This document shows, piece by piece, positions 49,962 through 63,742 of a DNA stretch of 64,000 nt. The stretch covers positions 558,001-622,000 of the forward strand of contig JBLDXI010000054.1 in NCBI GenBank assembly GCA_047495785.1, in the 5' to 3' direction. The stretch comes from Lepidodermella squamata. Its lineage: Eukaryota; Animalia; Gastrotricha. Position 1 is the stretch's first letter, and each line of letters opens with the position of its first letter. Below the pieces are notes generated by a model, which saw nothing but the letters and a program-made list of their open reading frames with translations, did no database searches and had not been told where the DNA came from. Position numbers and translations under genes: made by a program.

Positions 49962-50795
49962 TTTCGGATCGACATGAAAAAACCAGCTGATTTTTGCAGT
50001 ATGTTTAGCTTCACAGGATTGAAGTTGATCTGGAAAAAAGTGCTGTTTGCGCTGACACAATGTTGCAGCGTCTTGTTAACCAAGCAGCAATTGATCGATA
50101 TCCACAACAAAACACATATTCACACAACAGAAACGTGTTGCTACTGAGTTGCGATTATAGGGGAGCATATCTCTGTGAACCTCAGCCTGCGAGATCTTGG
50201 TACACACATGCATTGTTAATGCAAATGCGCCACAAGAAATGCTACATTAAATCGATAAGAGCGCGGAGGTGCCGCCTACTGTCCATCATCGTACGCTAGG
50301 AAAGAAGGCCTACCTGAAGATTTATGGTAGCCAGCGATAGCTTATATAGCTTCGAGAACATAGTTTCGAAATAATTTCCAATGAAGGCCATTTTCATTTG
50401 AAGTTATTTTTCAAAATAAAAAAAAATAATTAAAAAAACATAAAATTTCGAGAATCTTGAATTGCAGTTTCACCCGTTTTAGGCAATAATGTCTTCAACA
50501 TCTACTTTGCACTGCATTAATAAATCATTGCTTTTCTCAATTACAACAAGTGTCAAGGCAATAAAATTTGCCTCAAATCGCGAGGAAACCTCATAATGTC
50601 GGACTCGGGCCATAACAAAGACGAGGAAACCGGAGTCCTTGGTCCTTGGTACCTCGACATCAATTAAATTTTCAAAGCTACAACATAACCGTCGTGCACG
50701 AATTCGTTGCACGTCTTTCGCGCACTCCACTTTGAAACATCCTGGCGCAAAACTAGCAGAGGGTTGGAGGCACTCTTAATAATTGGGAAATGAAA

Positions 50796-51968
50796 TTCCT
50801 TAGTCGACAAGTTACCGTCAACTGCGGAGTGCCGCAAGGCTCGCCGCTGTCACCGCTGCTCTATATCGTTTACACTTCCGATCTGCTGACCGCGCCGGCT
50901 GCCCCGGGGTGTTATCTCGATGCCTATGCTGATGACCTAACTGTTGTCGGTGAAGGGGTGGATTTTCCTGAAGCTGAGCGTGCTACCCAGAATGAGATCG
51001 ACCGGATATCAGCGTGGGCCCACGAGTGGCGGCAAAGGTTTAATGCCTCCAAGAGTGAAGTGATGCCATTCGCGTGGCGGAGCTACGGTGCCCGACTAAC
51101 ACTCGATGGCTCGGCGATCCCGCAAGTCCCAGTCATGCGCATCCTTGGTGTCCATCTTGATGCTAAGTTGACCTGGAAGGCCCACATGGACCGCGTTATC
51201 ACCCGCTGCACTCGCAATTTCTCGCACTTTCGCAGTGTCTGTCGAACCCCTGGCCTTTCTCGCCGGTGGCGCCGAACCGCGTATTTAAGTCTCGTTCGAA
51301 CCACGTCAACGTATGGTAACCTCGTTTTCTGCACTGCACCCAAGCGGCAACTCAAGCGCCTTGATGTCCTTCAGAACGATTGCCTTCGGGCTCTACTGAA
51401 CGTCCGCCGCGATGACCGCGTCAGAGTCACGGGCCTCGAACGTCGCGCTGGTGTCCCAAGTCTCCCGCGTTTCTTTGAACAGACGCAGCGCCGTTACGCC
51501 GACAACGCCGTCCGCTTCGTCCTCCCGATCCGCGAAGCTGTCGAGCAACTACGTCTCTCTGCGAACCCGGTGCCCCGGTCTCCGCTAGCCCTGATCGCCA
51601 GCAGGCTTCCTCGGGGTCCTCTGCCCACCTTCGGTGTGTGATCGTTCAGTGTATCTTCCGTCTTTCTACATCTTGTACGTCTTGTCTTGTATAATCCTGG
51701 TTCCTCTTCTCCTTTCTTTTCTTTTTCTTCCTGCTGCACTCCTTCTGTTCTGATTAACCCATTACATGTAATCTTCTGCATACGATAAATATTCCTTTAG
51801 CTCGCCCACTAGCGTCCTCAGCGCACTGCCGCCGGCAAGCGCATGTCGTCTCGCAATCGCGTGCCATCTCTGTCACTTTGTATATATTGTTCGCAAGAAA
51901 GGAATTTATTTTGTTATATTGTTCTTTTATATTTTTGTGACTGATGGACAAATAAATTTGAATTTAGA
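50796..51968 (+). mobile_element. 5'-truncated Jockey-like LINE (family 1 relative)
   Basis: ORF 50790..51641 matches the C-terminus of the 6320-10462 ORF (GVPQGSPLSP, YADD); same tail. Confidence 0.92.
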
Positions 51969-52282
51969 AAAAAATTTAGAAATTCTTCAATTATTCCTGT
52001 CGGATTCTTAGTTGTCGATGATTTATTTTGAAGTGTTTTCGAGTTTGACAATATCTCTATGGATGCTCTCCTGTATTGAATCTCGGAAAAGAAGGAAAAT
52101 AGCCTCTTCACCGGCCTCTTCACCAGATAGCACCCGTGAAAACCATCAACTGTGATGATCGGGCTGCTCTATCATCTCAACCCTTAGCCCATGAATACCG
52201 CCATAATTTGTGTCTGGGCTCTAAATCCATCCATCCATCCATGCTCAATCCTATTTTCTTCAAGATAGGTTTTATCCTATCA

Positions 52283-54339
52283 ATGCCGAGAGGTTTCGAA
52301 CCACATCAGGTCAAGGTCTTATGCGATTATCTAGAAAAGCGGCAGAAATTAAAATGTGAAAGCTCGAAGAAAGGTCCTTCGATCAGATCAATTGCTGAAC
52401 TAGCTGCTAAGAAAATCGGGGAAGAGCCAGCCCGTGTTTTTGCATGGATGCAGGACCGCTATAAAGCTGATGTTGCTGAGGTGAAATCGGAACCACAGAA
52501 ACTCCTTTCAACAGCGCAATACAACATTTTGAACGACTCTTACCTGAGAAATTCCTATCCTAAAGCTGTCGAGGTCGAACGATTATCGCGGGAAGTTGGA
52601 ATCCCAACATCTCGAGTGAAAACATGGATGAGCTCTCGGCGGAAAAGAGACAAACCTCCAGATTCGCTACCTGAAAAATTGAGGCTGAAGTTCTCCGAGG
52701 AAGATACCGCTCTTCTCAATAAGGTTAGTTTGAAAAATGCTAGGTGAATGTTTACGATCTTTGATTCAAATATGTTGAGGAATTCGAGGCGAATATCTCT
52801 CCGAATCCTGAACGAAAATCCGAGCTCGCTGAATTGATTGGCTGTCCAAGGTCTTTCATAGTGGGTTGGTTCAAGCGAAAACGCGCTGCCGAGGGGATTA
52901 AACTGAAAGACACTGCCGCCAGAGAAAAGGTAGCCTGTCATATATTTACATGTACTCTCGTCAAATCATTAATCACCAAAATTTCGACTGAAACGTTGAG
53001 ACATTTCTCATAATTATTTTTAATTGCAGATACGGCGGCTGAACGAGTGCAACTATAGGGCTGCGGATAGCAAAAGGTATTTTGAAGAATGGCAGCTGGA
53101 GATTCTCAGAGAAGAGCGCGCGAAGCCGATCCGGCTACATGCGAAACGGCTGTTAGAAATAGCCGAAGCAGTGAAGTCCACCCCTAAACGTGTCAGAATT
53201 TGGTTGAAAAGTAAACTAAGACCAGTCAATTCCGGAGCGAGGCGCATTGTCACGTTCACATGGCATCAATGCGAAATGCTAAAGGAAGCTTTTGAGCGAA
53301 ATGACCGGCCGAAGGTTGATGAAATTGAAATACTGGCCCGTAAAATCGGCTGCGATGACTGGCAAAAAGTTAAACGATGGTTCAATACACAACGCTGGAA
53401 AACTGAAAGGTCGCGAAAAATTGTGAGGTTATCGCCCATCCAGCTTGAAGCATTGAAGGCATCATTCGCTCGTGAGATGTCGCCGAAACTCACGCAAATT
53501 GAGAGACTTGCCGATTTGACTGGGTTAACAGAGGGAAAGGTCCGTTCTTGGTTCAACTATCATCGTGCTAAGATCTCAACTCGGCCAATAAGGTTCAACT
53601 TTACTCGAAAGCATCGAGAAATCCTTGAGAAAGTGAGTATAGTATATTTGATAGGTTTATTCAAACGACTTTTGCTTTCCAGGAATTTGCTCTCAACTTA
53701 TCCCCGACTAAAGCTCGAAAGGAGGTATTGGCTAAGCTGATAGGATGCTCGAGCTCTCTTATAGTCGGGTGGTTCAAAAGAAGACGTCAAGCTGCGGATA
53801 TTTTAATGAAAGATAACATGGATTTTATTGAGGTAAGCTTTGGATCAATGATAAACCAATAACTTCTCAACTCTGCTTTTCTCAAGGTTGGAATGCTGAG
53901 CAATAGCTGTTTCGCTGAGTTCGAAAAAGGCTCCAGGTTCGACCAGTGGCAGATCGACATTTTGCGCAAAGAATCTATAAAACCCGAAAAGCTTCACGCG
54001 AAACGCTTGCTTGCCATCACCGATGCCGTGAAATCATCGCCGAGGCGTGTCAAGTTTTGGATCAAGGCTCACAACCAAGCTTCCTTGGCGAGGATTGCTC
54101 AGCAGAAAGCAAAACTGGAGAGCAGCACAGCGGTAAACCAACCGATTGCTGTATTGAAAAAGGCCTTCAAGAAGAACCCTAGCCCAACCGACGCCGAAAT
54201 TCACGATATTGCCCTCAAGCTGGACATCGACCCGAAAAAAGTCAAGCAATGGTTCACTAGGAGTCGGTATTCCAAAAGTCGATGGCGGAGGATAAAACAA
54301 TCAACATTGCCTGACTCGGCCCAGGATGATGTGAAGTAG
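52283..54339 (+). CDS. Multi-homeodomain protein H4 (~598 aa, ~9 homeodomains; exons 52283-52723, 52780-52929, 53030-53632, 53683-53832, 53887-54339)
   Basis: Repeated F/L-x-x-x-Q...L...F...P......LA...G.....V..WF...R units; all introns phase 0; frame open after splicing. Confidence 0.85.
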
Positions 54340-54961
54340 AGATAATTCAAGTAATCTATCTTCGTTTACTGTTGTTGGCTCTCTCTGTATTGATTATTAT
54401 CGTCGAATATCTAGCATCCGCGCATATTAACGTGAACCTCTAAATTTTATATTCATTTTCAGGAAATTTTGATTACTTATGGCTTATGGGAATATCAGAA
54501 GGCTCTTCCATATGCTCCGACTCCGACTTCGGAAGCCCTGACGTGATCATAATTTCTGAAATGCTCGAGGCTCGAGTTGGACAACAGTAGCCGGAGTCGT
54601 GATTCTTAGGGGCGCAACGCAATCGGCATCGCTTAGTTCTTGACATTTAGAAGAATATCATGTCATTATCCGCTGATGTCCATTCCCCGCCCATAACAAG
54701 GGTGCATTTTACCTGCCTCACTGCATGGTATAATGGGCCGATAGGAAGCTTCAGGGTGTGAAGTACAGGTGAGCTCCGGGATTCAAACCTGAGGAAGGGT
54801 GAAAAAGCCACAGGGAGGACTCTTTTGTATTTTCGGCTGGGTGCTGGAACTGACCATTATGCTATTCTGGGCAAGTCTTTCTGTCACCAACCCCGCGATC
54901 TAGCATCTTCCGAAGATCAATTGTAATTCGTTCCATATAGGTTTTATACTACAATCTCAAA

Positions 54962-56623
54962 ATGATGAGGAAAGGTTTTGAAACACATCAGGTCGAGATT
55001 TTGTGCGATTATCTAAAGAAGCGGCGTAACATAAAATTTGGAGGCTCAAAGCACGGTCCTTCGACCAAATCGATTGCTGAATCAGCAGCTGAGAGAATCG
55101 GCGAAACACCATCCCGCGTCTACTCATGGATTCAACCGCGTCTACTCAGGTTTAAGTTATCTGAGGAACATATTGCGCTACTCAACAAGGTATTACTAGA
55201 AATAATTCCAGTCATTAGGCTTATTGGTAAAATTAAATCCAAGGAATTCGAGGCGAACATCTCTCCAACTCCTGAACGGAAATCCCAGCTCGCTGAATTG
55301 ACTGGCTGTCCAAGGTCTTACATAGTTGGTTGGTTCAAGCGCAGACGCTCAGCGGAGGGAGTTCAACTGAGAGACGCAGCTGTCCAGGGAAAGGTAATTT
55401 TTCTGTTTCTACTTTCAGTCAGGAATCCACTATTGATTTCTGTATCCGAATATTCACATTTGAATACGCGTCATTGATATCTTTCACATATTTCGTCTAC
55501 CCTATTTATATGATTAATACCGACGATAATTGAGATATCGTCCAATCCTGTTTTGTTTAAGATTCGACATTTGAATGACCGCGGTTCACCCCCTTTGAAT
55601 AGCAGACTATATTTCGAAAATTGGCAGCTGGAAATTCTTCGAAAGGAGTTAGCTAAACCGATGCAACTCCATGCAAAGCGAATTTTAGGAATTGCTGAAG
55701 CAGTGAAGACTACCCCAAAACGGGTTAGAGCGTGGTTAAAGAGGCATCACTATAGTCCTGGGAAGGAGAGAGACATGATCAGGTTATCGCCCACTCAACT
55801 TGAAGCATTGAAGTCATCATTCGCTCGAGATATGTCACCGAAGCCCACAGAAATTAAGAGACTTGTCGATTTGACTGGCTTGCCATGGAAAAAAGTTCGT
55901 GATTGGTTCTACTCTCGTCGTGCTCGGATCTCACCTCGTCCCAAAAGAATCAGCCACACTCGGAAACATCGCGAACTCCTGGAGAAAGTGAGTCATTGTA
56001 GTTTCAGATTTGATAGATTTAGTCAAAAAGTGACCTTTTCTTTTCAGGAATATTCAGTTAACATATCCCCGAGTAAGGGTCGGAAAGAGGAACTGGCTAA
56101 GCTGATTGGCTGTTCTAGGCAGCATATAGCCGACTGGTTCTATCGAAAACGTCGAGCTGCTAATATTCGCATGAGAGACACAATGGCTACCATGCAGGTT
56201 TGTCTTATTATAAAAAATTCACTGATACACAACGCTTCCTCGATTAAAGCCCGGTTCCGGAGCTAGGCCTCTTCTTTTATCTAAGGGCGCTTTCTTGAAA
56301 ATCGTGACAAAATAAAACAAAATTGCGAACAGCTCCAGATTTAGCGTCATTTAGCTAGATTTGCGAGCTATTTGTCTGGAGGGCCTCAGCAATGTGCTGA
56401 ATAAAACGTGGGCCACTTGCGGCAAAGACGACTGTATCGAAGGGGTTACTGTATTGTAATCTTTCATTCCTAGGTTGAACTGTTGAGAAACAGTCCTCTC
56501 ACGCAGTTCGGAAAAGGCTCAAGGTTGTACCCGTGGCAGATCGACATTTTGAGAAAAGAAGCTATGAAACCGGAACGGCTCTATGCTAAACGCTTGCTTG
56601 GTATCGCTGAAACCTTATCGTGA
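54962..56623 (+). CDS. Multi-homeodomain protein H5 (internal in-frame deletions; stop inside last homeodomain)
   Basis: Exons 54962-55189, 55244-55393, 55562-55987, 56048-56197, 56474-56623, collinear with H4. Confidence 0.7.
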
Positions 56624-56876
56624 GAGAAAAAATCAAATAGGCAGAGGCAGAGAATTTTTTCGAGTTGGAAATAAACTTTGAATTTATAGTAAAGAGAGAA
56701 CCCTCCGTAGATCTCCTTCGTTTGAACCCGTACCCCCTTACCTGTATCCCCTTTCGGCGGAATGTCCATCTTCTACACTGGTTGCTTTTGAATGACAGAA
56801 AAAAGATGAATGTAGTATTTTCTGTTCATCATTTGTTTGTGATTGGAAATAGTTATTGTGCTAATATATCAAATTA

Positions 56877-59800
56877 ATGCCAAAAGTCTTCGAACGCAAT
56901 CAGGTCGAGATTTTGTGCGAATACCTGGAGAAGTGGCAGAACCTGAAGCGTGAAGGCTCAACGAATTGTCCTTCGATCAGATCGATTGCTGAAGTGGCAG
57001 CGGAGAGCATCGGCGAAACGCCAGCTCGCGTCTACACCTGGATTAAAAAATACAAAAGCGCTGATCTAGCAGAGCTTAAATTGAAGCCACACAGAATGCT
57101 GTCAACAGTGCAAAACGACATTTTGAACAAGTTTTATTTGATGAACGCTTATCCTACAGTTGAGGAGATCGAACGATTATCGCGGGAAGTTGGACTGCCA
57201 GCATACCGAGTGAGATACTGGATTTACCATCGCCGTACAAAAGACAATTCCACAACACCGAGGTTTCCGCTATCTGAGGAACATAATACGCTACTCAATA
57301 AGGTATTTCACTTCTTATTCCTAATAAGCTAATTTGTGAAATTGCGTCAAAGGAATTCGAGGCAAATATCTCTCCAAGTGCTGAACGGAAATCCCAGCTC
57401 GCTGAATTGATTTGTCGTCCAAGGTCTTTCATAGTTGATTGGTTTAAGCTAAAACGCTCCGCGGAGGGGATTAAACTGAAAGACCCAGCTCTCCGTGAAA
57501 AGGTAACTTTCAGTTTCAATCAAAAGTCTTAAATATGTCATTGTTGGAATACTGTTATGTCATTACCTAATCATTGAATTTTGTATCAAATTATTCCCAT
57601 CAGGTTTTAGTCCTTAAACCTTTCACGGCGGGAAGGACGATTTCGGAATTTCGGCTTTGCTAATTCACAGTTCCATCAATTTAATTTAATTTAATTTAAT
57701 TCTTTCATCACAATTGGCAAAATACTACTTTCGGATGTTGCCTGCAAGAATCTGAAAGCCAAATTTCGTTATCTCTTCCCCTCTTGAAGTAATTTCAATT
57801 TTAAAATTTCAAATCGATGCATGCTTTTCTTATTTTTTTCAATCCAGCTTTTTGTGCTAGTAAAGTGCTAGCTCAATGTAAAAAGGTTAATGATGAGGGA
57901 TAATCGAATTTAGAGGTTAAACCAACTCTCCCAAAACGCCCTCCCTTAATAAGGAAGGGCCTGGGCCCCACCCTCCAATAAACCGCAGGTTTAATCAATG
58001 GCAGCCAGCGAATCATCGATATTTACCCAGGAGTTGATTCTGTGATTCTATGGGTGATGGGTGGGGACTGACGAATTAAATATAGTTTTTAAAGCGACTG
58101 ATGCATATAACCGCGGCGTTACGCTGCGCTATTTAGCTGCGGTGGCTAACTATCATGCGAAAATCGCCTTTTAATTATTCGCGTTTTTCTATTACACATC
58201 GACTCCTGGAGAAGCGAGCGCCGGAAATATGGATTCAAATAAGGTAGGAATGATGCTCATATGTCGTTATTAACTGAAGAGCAACTGTTGGACTAATAAC
58301 TTTTGGAGAATCTCCCGAATATTACCAATCCCGTTCGACTTTCAATGTAAGACCGCCAGAACTAATGGTTTTCAAAAAATATTCGACAAGTTCAACATTA
58401 TCAATTTTACTTTCACTGGCCAACATTCCATATGAGCTTTGTCATTCGCCTACTGTTCATCTCATTCTCCAGGTGGCAAGTAGTCTGAACTCAGGTGTAT
58501 CAGTTATCACACCTTTCGACTTTTTTCTCCGACATGAGAACAGACGAGAAAACGGCAAGACCCCGCAATCAGCGGATCCACCAAAATGTACTTCTATAAA
58601 TTCTGCCAAGTAAAAAAACAAAATCTATTCTTCACGTTTCCAGAAATACTGTCTTCTGGTAGCTATTATATAAAACGATGTAAAGCGATAAAGCGATTAA
58701 GCGTTTGTTGCGCGAGTTTACATCTTTAAGAAAATGGAAGTAAGCAACGATCTATCAAATTGTGAGCAAGCTCGAGTGACAGTGACAGGTGACAGTTATA
58801 ATCATAACTTAGTGGAACCACCTAATCTACAATATTGCTATTGACTAGGCTAACATATACTGAAGCAAGTTACTGGGTAGATTCATCCACAAGTTATTCA
58901 TCCAAATTGTGAAGGACGTAACCTCGCTTTATATACTTTACTTACGCTTTACTATTGATGTAAAAACGGCGCCCGGCCGCCGGAAAATTTGGAGAAAACC
59001 AATAGTTGTCTTTTTCAAGGAAATAACGTTTCAGACGCAGAATTGGAATTGGTTGTCTCGCTTCAATCACTTCAGCTTCAATTTTGCGAGGTTACCTCTT
59101 AAAACTTGAAAGTAGGCAAGGATGTTTGTGTTATATGCCAACGTACGCACAGAAAACGACACCTGAAAGTGTACAATAATCAGCTCGCGCAAGCCTTCGA
59201 AACTCGGTTAAAATGTCGTTGCCAGTTGCATAACACGGGACAATCCTTTGATGCGCACCGCCTAATCTTGAAGACTTCCTAAGCCTTGACCTGTCACCTG
59301 TTTTTGCAATTTTAACGACGACTAAAAACCTAATACGCTTTGTGCTATATTACTCTTCTATTACACATCGATTCCTGCAGAAGCAAACAGCTTATGGATC
59401 CAAATGAGATAGGACTGATGCTCAACATGCAATTATTCACTGAGGAGCAACTGCAACCTATGCGCGAATCCCGCGAATATAACCGATTCTGTCAAACTAC
59501 CGGAGCAATTGAAATATTCAATGTAAGACCGCCAGAACTAATGTCTTTCGAAAATGTTTTCGAAAAGCTCATCCTCATCAATTATCCTTTCGCCGGTCAT
59601 CATCATCATCCCATATGAGCTTTGTCATTCGCCTACTGTTCAGCTGCTGCCCCGATTATGGCAACTAACACTTTTCTCCGACATGACTGACGAAAAAACG
59701 GCAAGTCCTTGTAATCAGCGGATGCACCAAAACTGTGCATGCTACGACTTACGTCAATGAAAAAACCATCCGCATCAAGTTTGCAGAAAAAGACTTCTTT

Positions 59801-62800
59801 CGGTATCTATCATTATATATTATAGCCCTTATCGCCTGTTCTCGACTTCATTATGCCCCAATCAGGGCAGGCAATGAGCTGAATCTACGACATGAATAAA
59901 CCAATAACTGTAATATCAATTGCAGCAATTAAGCCTTAAGCAATTAAGCAATTAAGCGTTAATTAAGCCTTTGATGTGCAGGGTTATATCTTTATGAAAA
60001 TTAGAGTAAGCAATGATTTATCGTGAGCCTCCCTCCCCGAGGAGGGAGGCCAAATTGTGAGCAAGCTCGGGTGACAGTGGCCAAGGCCAAAACGCGATCA
60101 GTACATCTCTATTATTAGTGATGCGCGCAGTACTGGCCCTATATTAGTGATTGCGCAGCTAAAAATAGTAACACATTGACCTACTTTAAATTGGGTCATG
60201 TCCCCAGAAAAGTAGGACAAATGCAGTTTTTTGCCAATTTCTTCAAACTGGTCCGGCGAAAACAGCTGGAAAATCTTTTATAAGCTATTCTCGTCAAGGG
60301 CTATCGATTGATATAACTTGCAAGGTAATCGGATTAAAAACCCTGCCCTTTTGGGATTTGGGGGTGCTTACATATAACTAATGTGGAAAGGGGGAAAGGG
60401 CGCGGAAAATGGCAATGGGGTGGGAACTTTCGTTCCTATCGGAACAAAGGTGCGCCTAAACATTGAAAGGGACTAACTTTGCTAGCGCGAAAAGTTTCTG
60501 ATCAGCCCCTTTTTAGATGTTCAGGCCACAGGGCCTTTTCCATACCCACCCCGTCGCCCCTCCCTATAGGAAGGGGCATCTCAACCCCCTCTCCATAAAT
60601 TTGATTGAGTTTGTTTGGTTGGCTCGAGGTTTGAAGCATTTGATTTAAAAATCAGGGGGCTTAGAATATCTCCCAAAATCTGCTGGGCTATCGCAATCCG
60701 ACATTCGGCGATTAATGTGCAAGAAAATAAAAAAAAATAAAAAAGTAAAAATGTGTGTAGGCTGCAGGATTTGAACCCTCTTTCATTCGTTCCACATACT
60801 CATACTCATACTCATACTCTTTATTTATGCAAGTTGCCTTTCGACATTAAGCATTTGGTATCAGACATCATCACAAGGCTTATGAGTCAACTATTCCCAT
60901 GGTTGATGGTCGAACCATGGTCCCCAGGCTTTGCGTACTGAGTAGCCATATCTTGATTGCCGGTGAATGGCGTCCTACACCGGGAGGGAGGAAACCGCGG
61001 TCTCGGGTGGATTTGCTTGGCAGTGTTACCAGCAGGTACGCACTCGAGGATTGTGCCCTTGGCTCCGTAGTCGGCGACACGTCTTCCTGTCAGCTTGATT
61101 TACGGTCCCAGAAACGCCGCATTCAATGCGTAGAAGAATGATTGGTGTTTCGGTTCTGGGGATTGAACCCGTGCCTCTTCGCCGCCAGTGAGGTGCTTGG
61201 ACCGCTCGACCACTTGCTCCCCCTTGCAGCCTTTTTTCCCGGTACGCCACCGACGCTGTTAGGCTAAGCTTGGCGCCTTCCTCCTACTTGAAGATCAACA
61301 GCTCTTTCGCGCTTCCCGTCTCTTGAAACTAACAACTTCAACAGATAATTATCGTCCCTTGCTCACATTCAAACCCCAGGAAATAGAGGCCTCTCCCCCA
61401 CGCTAGGGGGAGAGGCAGCTGAGGTTTGCATAGTACTTTCATTATTATTAGTGGTAGCGCGCACCACTTGACCTATATTAGTGAAGTCAATGACGTAGTT
61501 TTTGCAGTAGCTGGTAACGATTGGATGAATCATCAGATCGATGAATCATCAGTGATTTATCGATTTTAAATTGTGAAAAATCAGCCGATCATCCAAATCG
61601 ATTGAAAAATATTTTACGTTTTATCGAAACGATTTTCTATCGAATGACACCTCACGTGACTTTATACCTGTTACAGGTGTTTCCCTCGAGTTTTCGCGGG
61701 GGTGAAATCCATCATACTACGAGTTATGAGCATCGGGTTCATACTGGCGTATTGTTAGTTTCTAATTTGGCACAGTCCGTGCCGGAAATTAGTCGCGCCA
61801 CGCATCGAGTAAAACAAAGTCATGGGTGTTTTCCCTGGTCTATCCGACTTCACAGGCGTGCCCGGCAGGGTCTAATTGACTGCCCAATACGTGTTTTCGA
61901 AATTCCACGAAAGACTGACAGCACAATAGCCTGGCTGACGATTTCTATGAATTCATCCGAGTGAATCTATATTTGGAAAAATAGCGGGATTGAAAATTTC
62001 AGTGAAATCAGTAACTGGTGGGAAACATGCGCATCAGGCCTAAGAATAGCATGTGGTTGCCGATTTTCCGATTCCTTCCTTAATTTGCTGGAAATTTTAA
62101 AAATTCGATTTTTTCCTTGGCTGAAAAAAAAATCCGCCGTGAAAAGGTTAAGTTAAAGACGCAGCCTCGCATTATTAGAATTTATATAATTAACTTCCGC
62201 AGTGAGATCTCGCGACATTGTTTTTTGGATAAGAATTGGGTATTTTCGTTGCTTTCTTGGAAATGACTTGAAAATTTCAGGATGATTGGGGTCGATTTGA
62301 TTTATTCAGTAAATCACCGGTCTTTGTAAATCAATCAGTTCAGATCAAATCCCAAAAAATCCATGGTAAATCAATAAAGTCAAATCATCAGGCCAATTTG
62401 AATCAATTCAAATCTTTCGCATTGGGTAACATGGGCATCATGGTGGATTTCTGGCGATTTTTTTAAATTGTAAAGCTTTTTTGGCAGAATGAGTCTAAAA
62501 GGGGGTGAATAGCTAGGCTTGGCTAGGCTAGGCTAAACTAGGCTAGTGTTTTCAAGGCAAATGATGTTTAGTTACAGGGGGAATTCAGAGAGTTCAGTTA
62601 TTATTAAATCAGCAGCAGGGCGCGAAGTACGGGGGAATGAGGCGTATCGCACCACCCAGCTCGGCAACCCAAAGAAGGTAAACCCCCAAAAAAACCACAG
62701 GAGGGGGACCATTTGGTCATAAAATTAGGGGCTGAAATACCCCCCAGTTCGGGGATCCTACTTCGCGCACTGATCAGCAGTAAATCAGGTGGGCTAAATT

Positions 62801-63742
62801 TCAATCAAATCAAATCATCCTGAAATTTTCTAAATTAAATCATCCACAAATCAAACTATCAAAAGTGGCTTAAATCAAATCAAATCAAATCAAAGTTTCT
62901 TGTTCTTGGTGAAGTATGCGTTTTAAAATAATTATTTTGAAAATTTAGCAGTTGAAAGAGGTTCTATAGCAGCTCAAACTTGGAAGTTTTCGCTTGTACT
63001 AGTACCACGTTTGAAACTGCATGATTAAGGGACATCGGGCGTTCGAATTTTTTGTTTCGAACTATTACTTCAGCCATAAGGGCCGAATTCCGACACCATT
63101 CCGATTCGTCTAATCATCTCAATTTAAGATTCGACAGCTGGATGACCGCGATTCACCGCCTTCAAATAGCATACTATATTTCGAGGATTGGCAGCTGGAA
63201 ATTCTTCGGAAGGAGATCGCGAAGCCGACCCGACTCCATGCGAAGCGAATTTTAGGAATTGCCGAAGCAGTGAAAACTACCCCAAAACGAGTGCGAATGT
63301 GGTTAAACAATCATCGCGACCAACCTCGAAAGGAGAGAAACATGATCAGATTATCACCTACTCAACTCGAGGCATTGAAGACGTCATTCGCTCGTGATAT
63401 GTCACCGAAACCCACGGGCATTATGAGACTTGCCAATTTGACTGGCTTACTACCGAATAAGGTCCGTAATTGGTTCTACGCTCGTCGTTCTAAGCTCTCA
63501 CTCTGTCCTGAAAGAATCACTCAGAAACATCGACAACTCCTGGAGAAAGTGAGTAGATTTGATAGAGTCATCACGCAACCTATGCTTTTCAGGAATATAC
63601 AGTTAACATATCCCCGAGTATATTTCGGAGAGATGAACTGGCCAAGCTGATTGGATGCTCTAGGGAACAGCTATCCACCTGGTTCTATCGACAACGTCGA
63701 GCAGCTGTCGTTCGAGTGAGAAACAAATTGGATTCCGATGAG
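56877..63742 (+). CDS. Multi-homeodomain protein H6 (5.6-kb TE-filled intron 2; 3' end probably beyond window)
   Basis: Exons 56877-57302, 57353-57502, 63129-63548, 63593-63742, homologous to H4/H5 and in frame. Confidence 0.75.
57842..61806. mobile_element. TIR-less element, copy 2 (inverted relative to copy 1)
   Basis: aATCcagctttttgtgctag...gtcgcgccacgcATCgag; reverse complement of 1365-4240, 5911-6220 and 10713-11553 with internal indels. Confidence 0.88.
60795..61223 (-). mobile_element. tRNA-derived SINE (~430 bp) with (AGTATG)4 tail
   Basis: Minus strand: A-box TGGTCGAGCGG, B-box GGTTCAATCCC, AATAAA then AGTATG repeats; absent from element copy 1. Confidence 0.8.
62270..62830. repeat. 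MITE-like segment with inverted repeat and AAATC-rich subrepeats
   Basis: GAAAATTTCAGGATGATT at ~62270 and its reverse complement at ~62813-62830. Confidence 0.5.

Larger units (their letters stand above)
57618..62147. mobile_element. TTAA-flanked piggyBac-like MITE (~0.57 kb) split by the TIR-less element
   Basis: TTAA|ACCTTTCACGGCGG...CCGCCGTGAAAAGG|TTAA. Confidence 0.7.
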
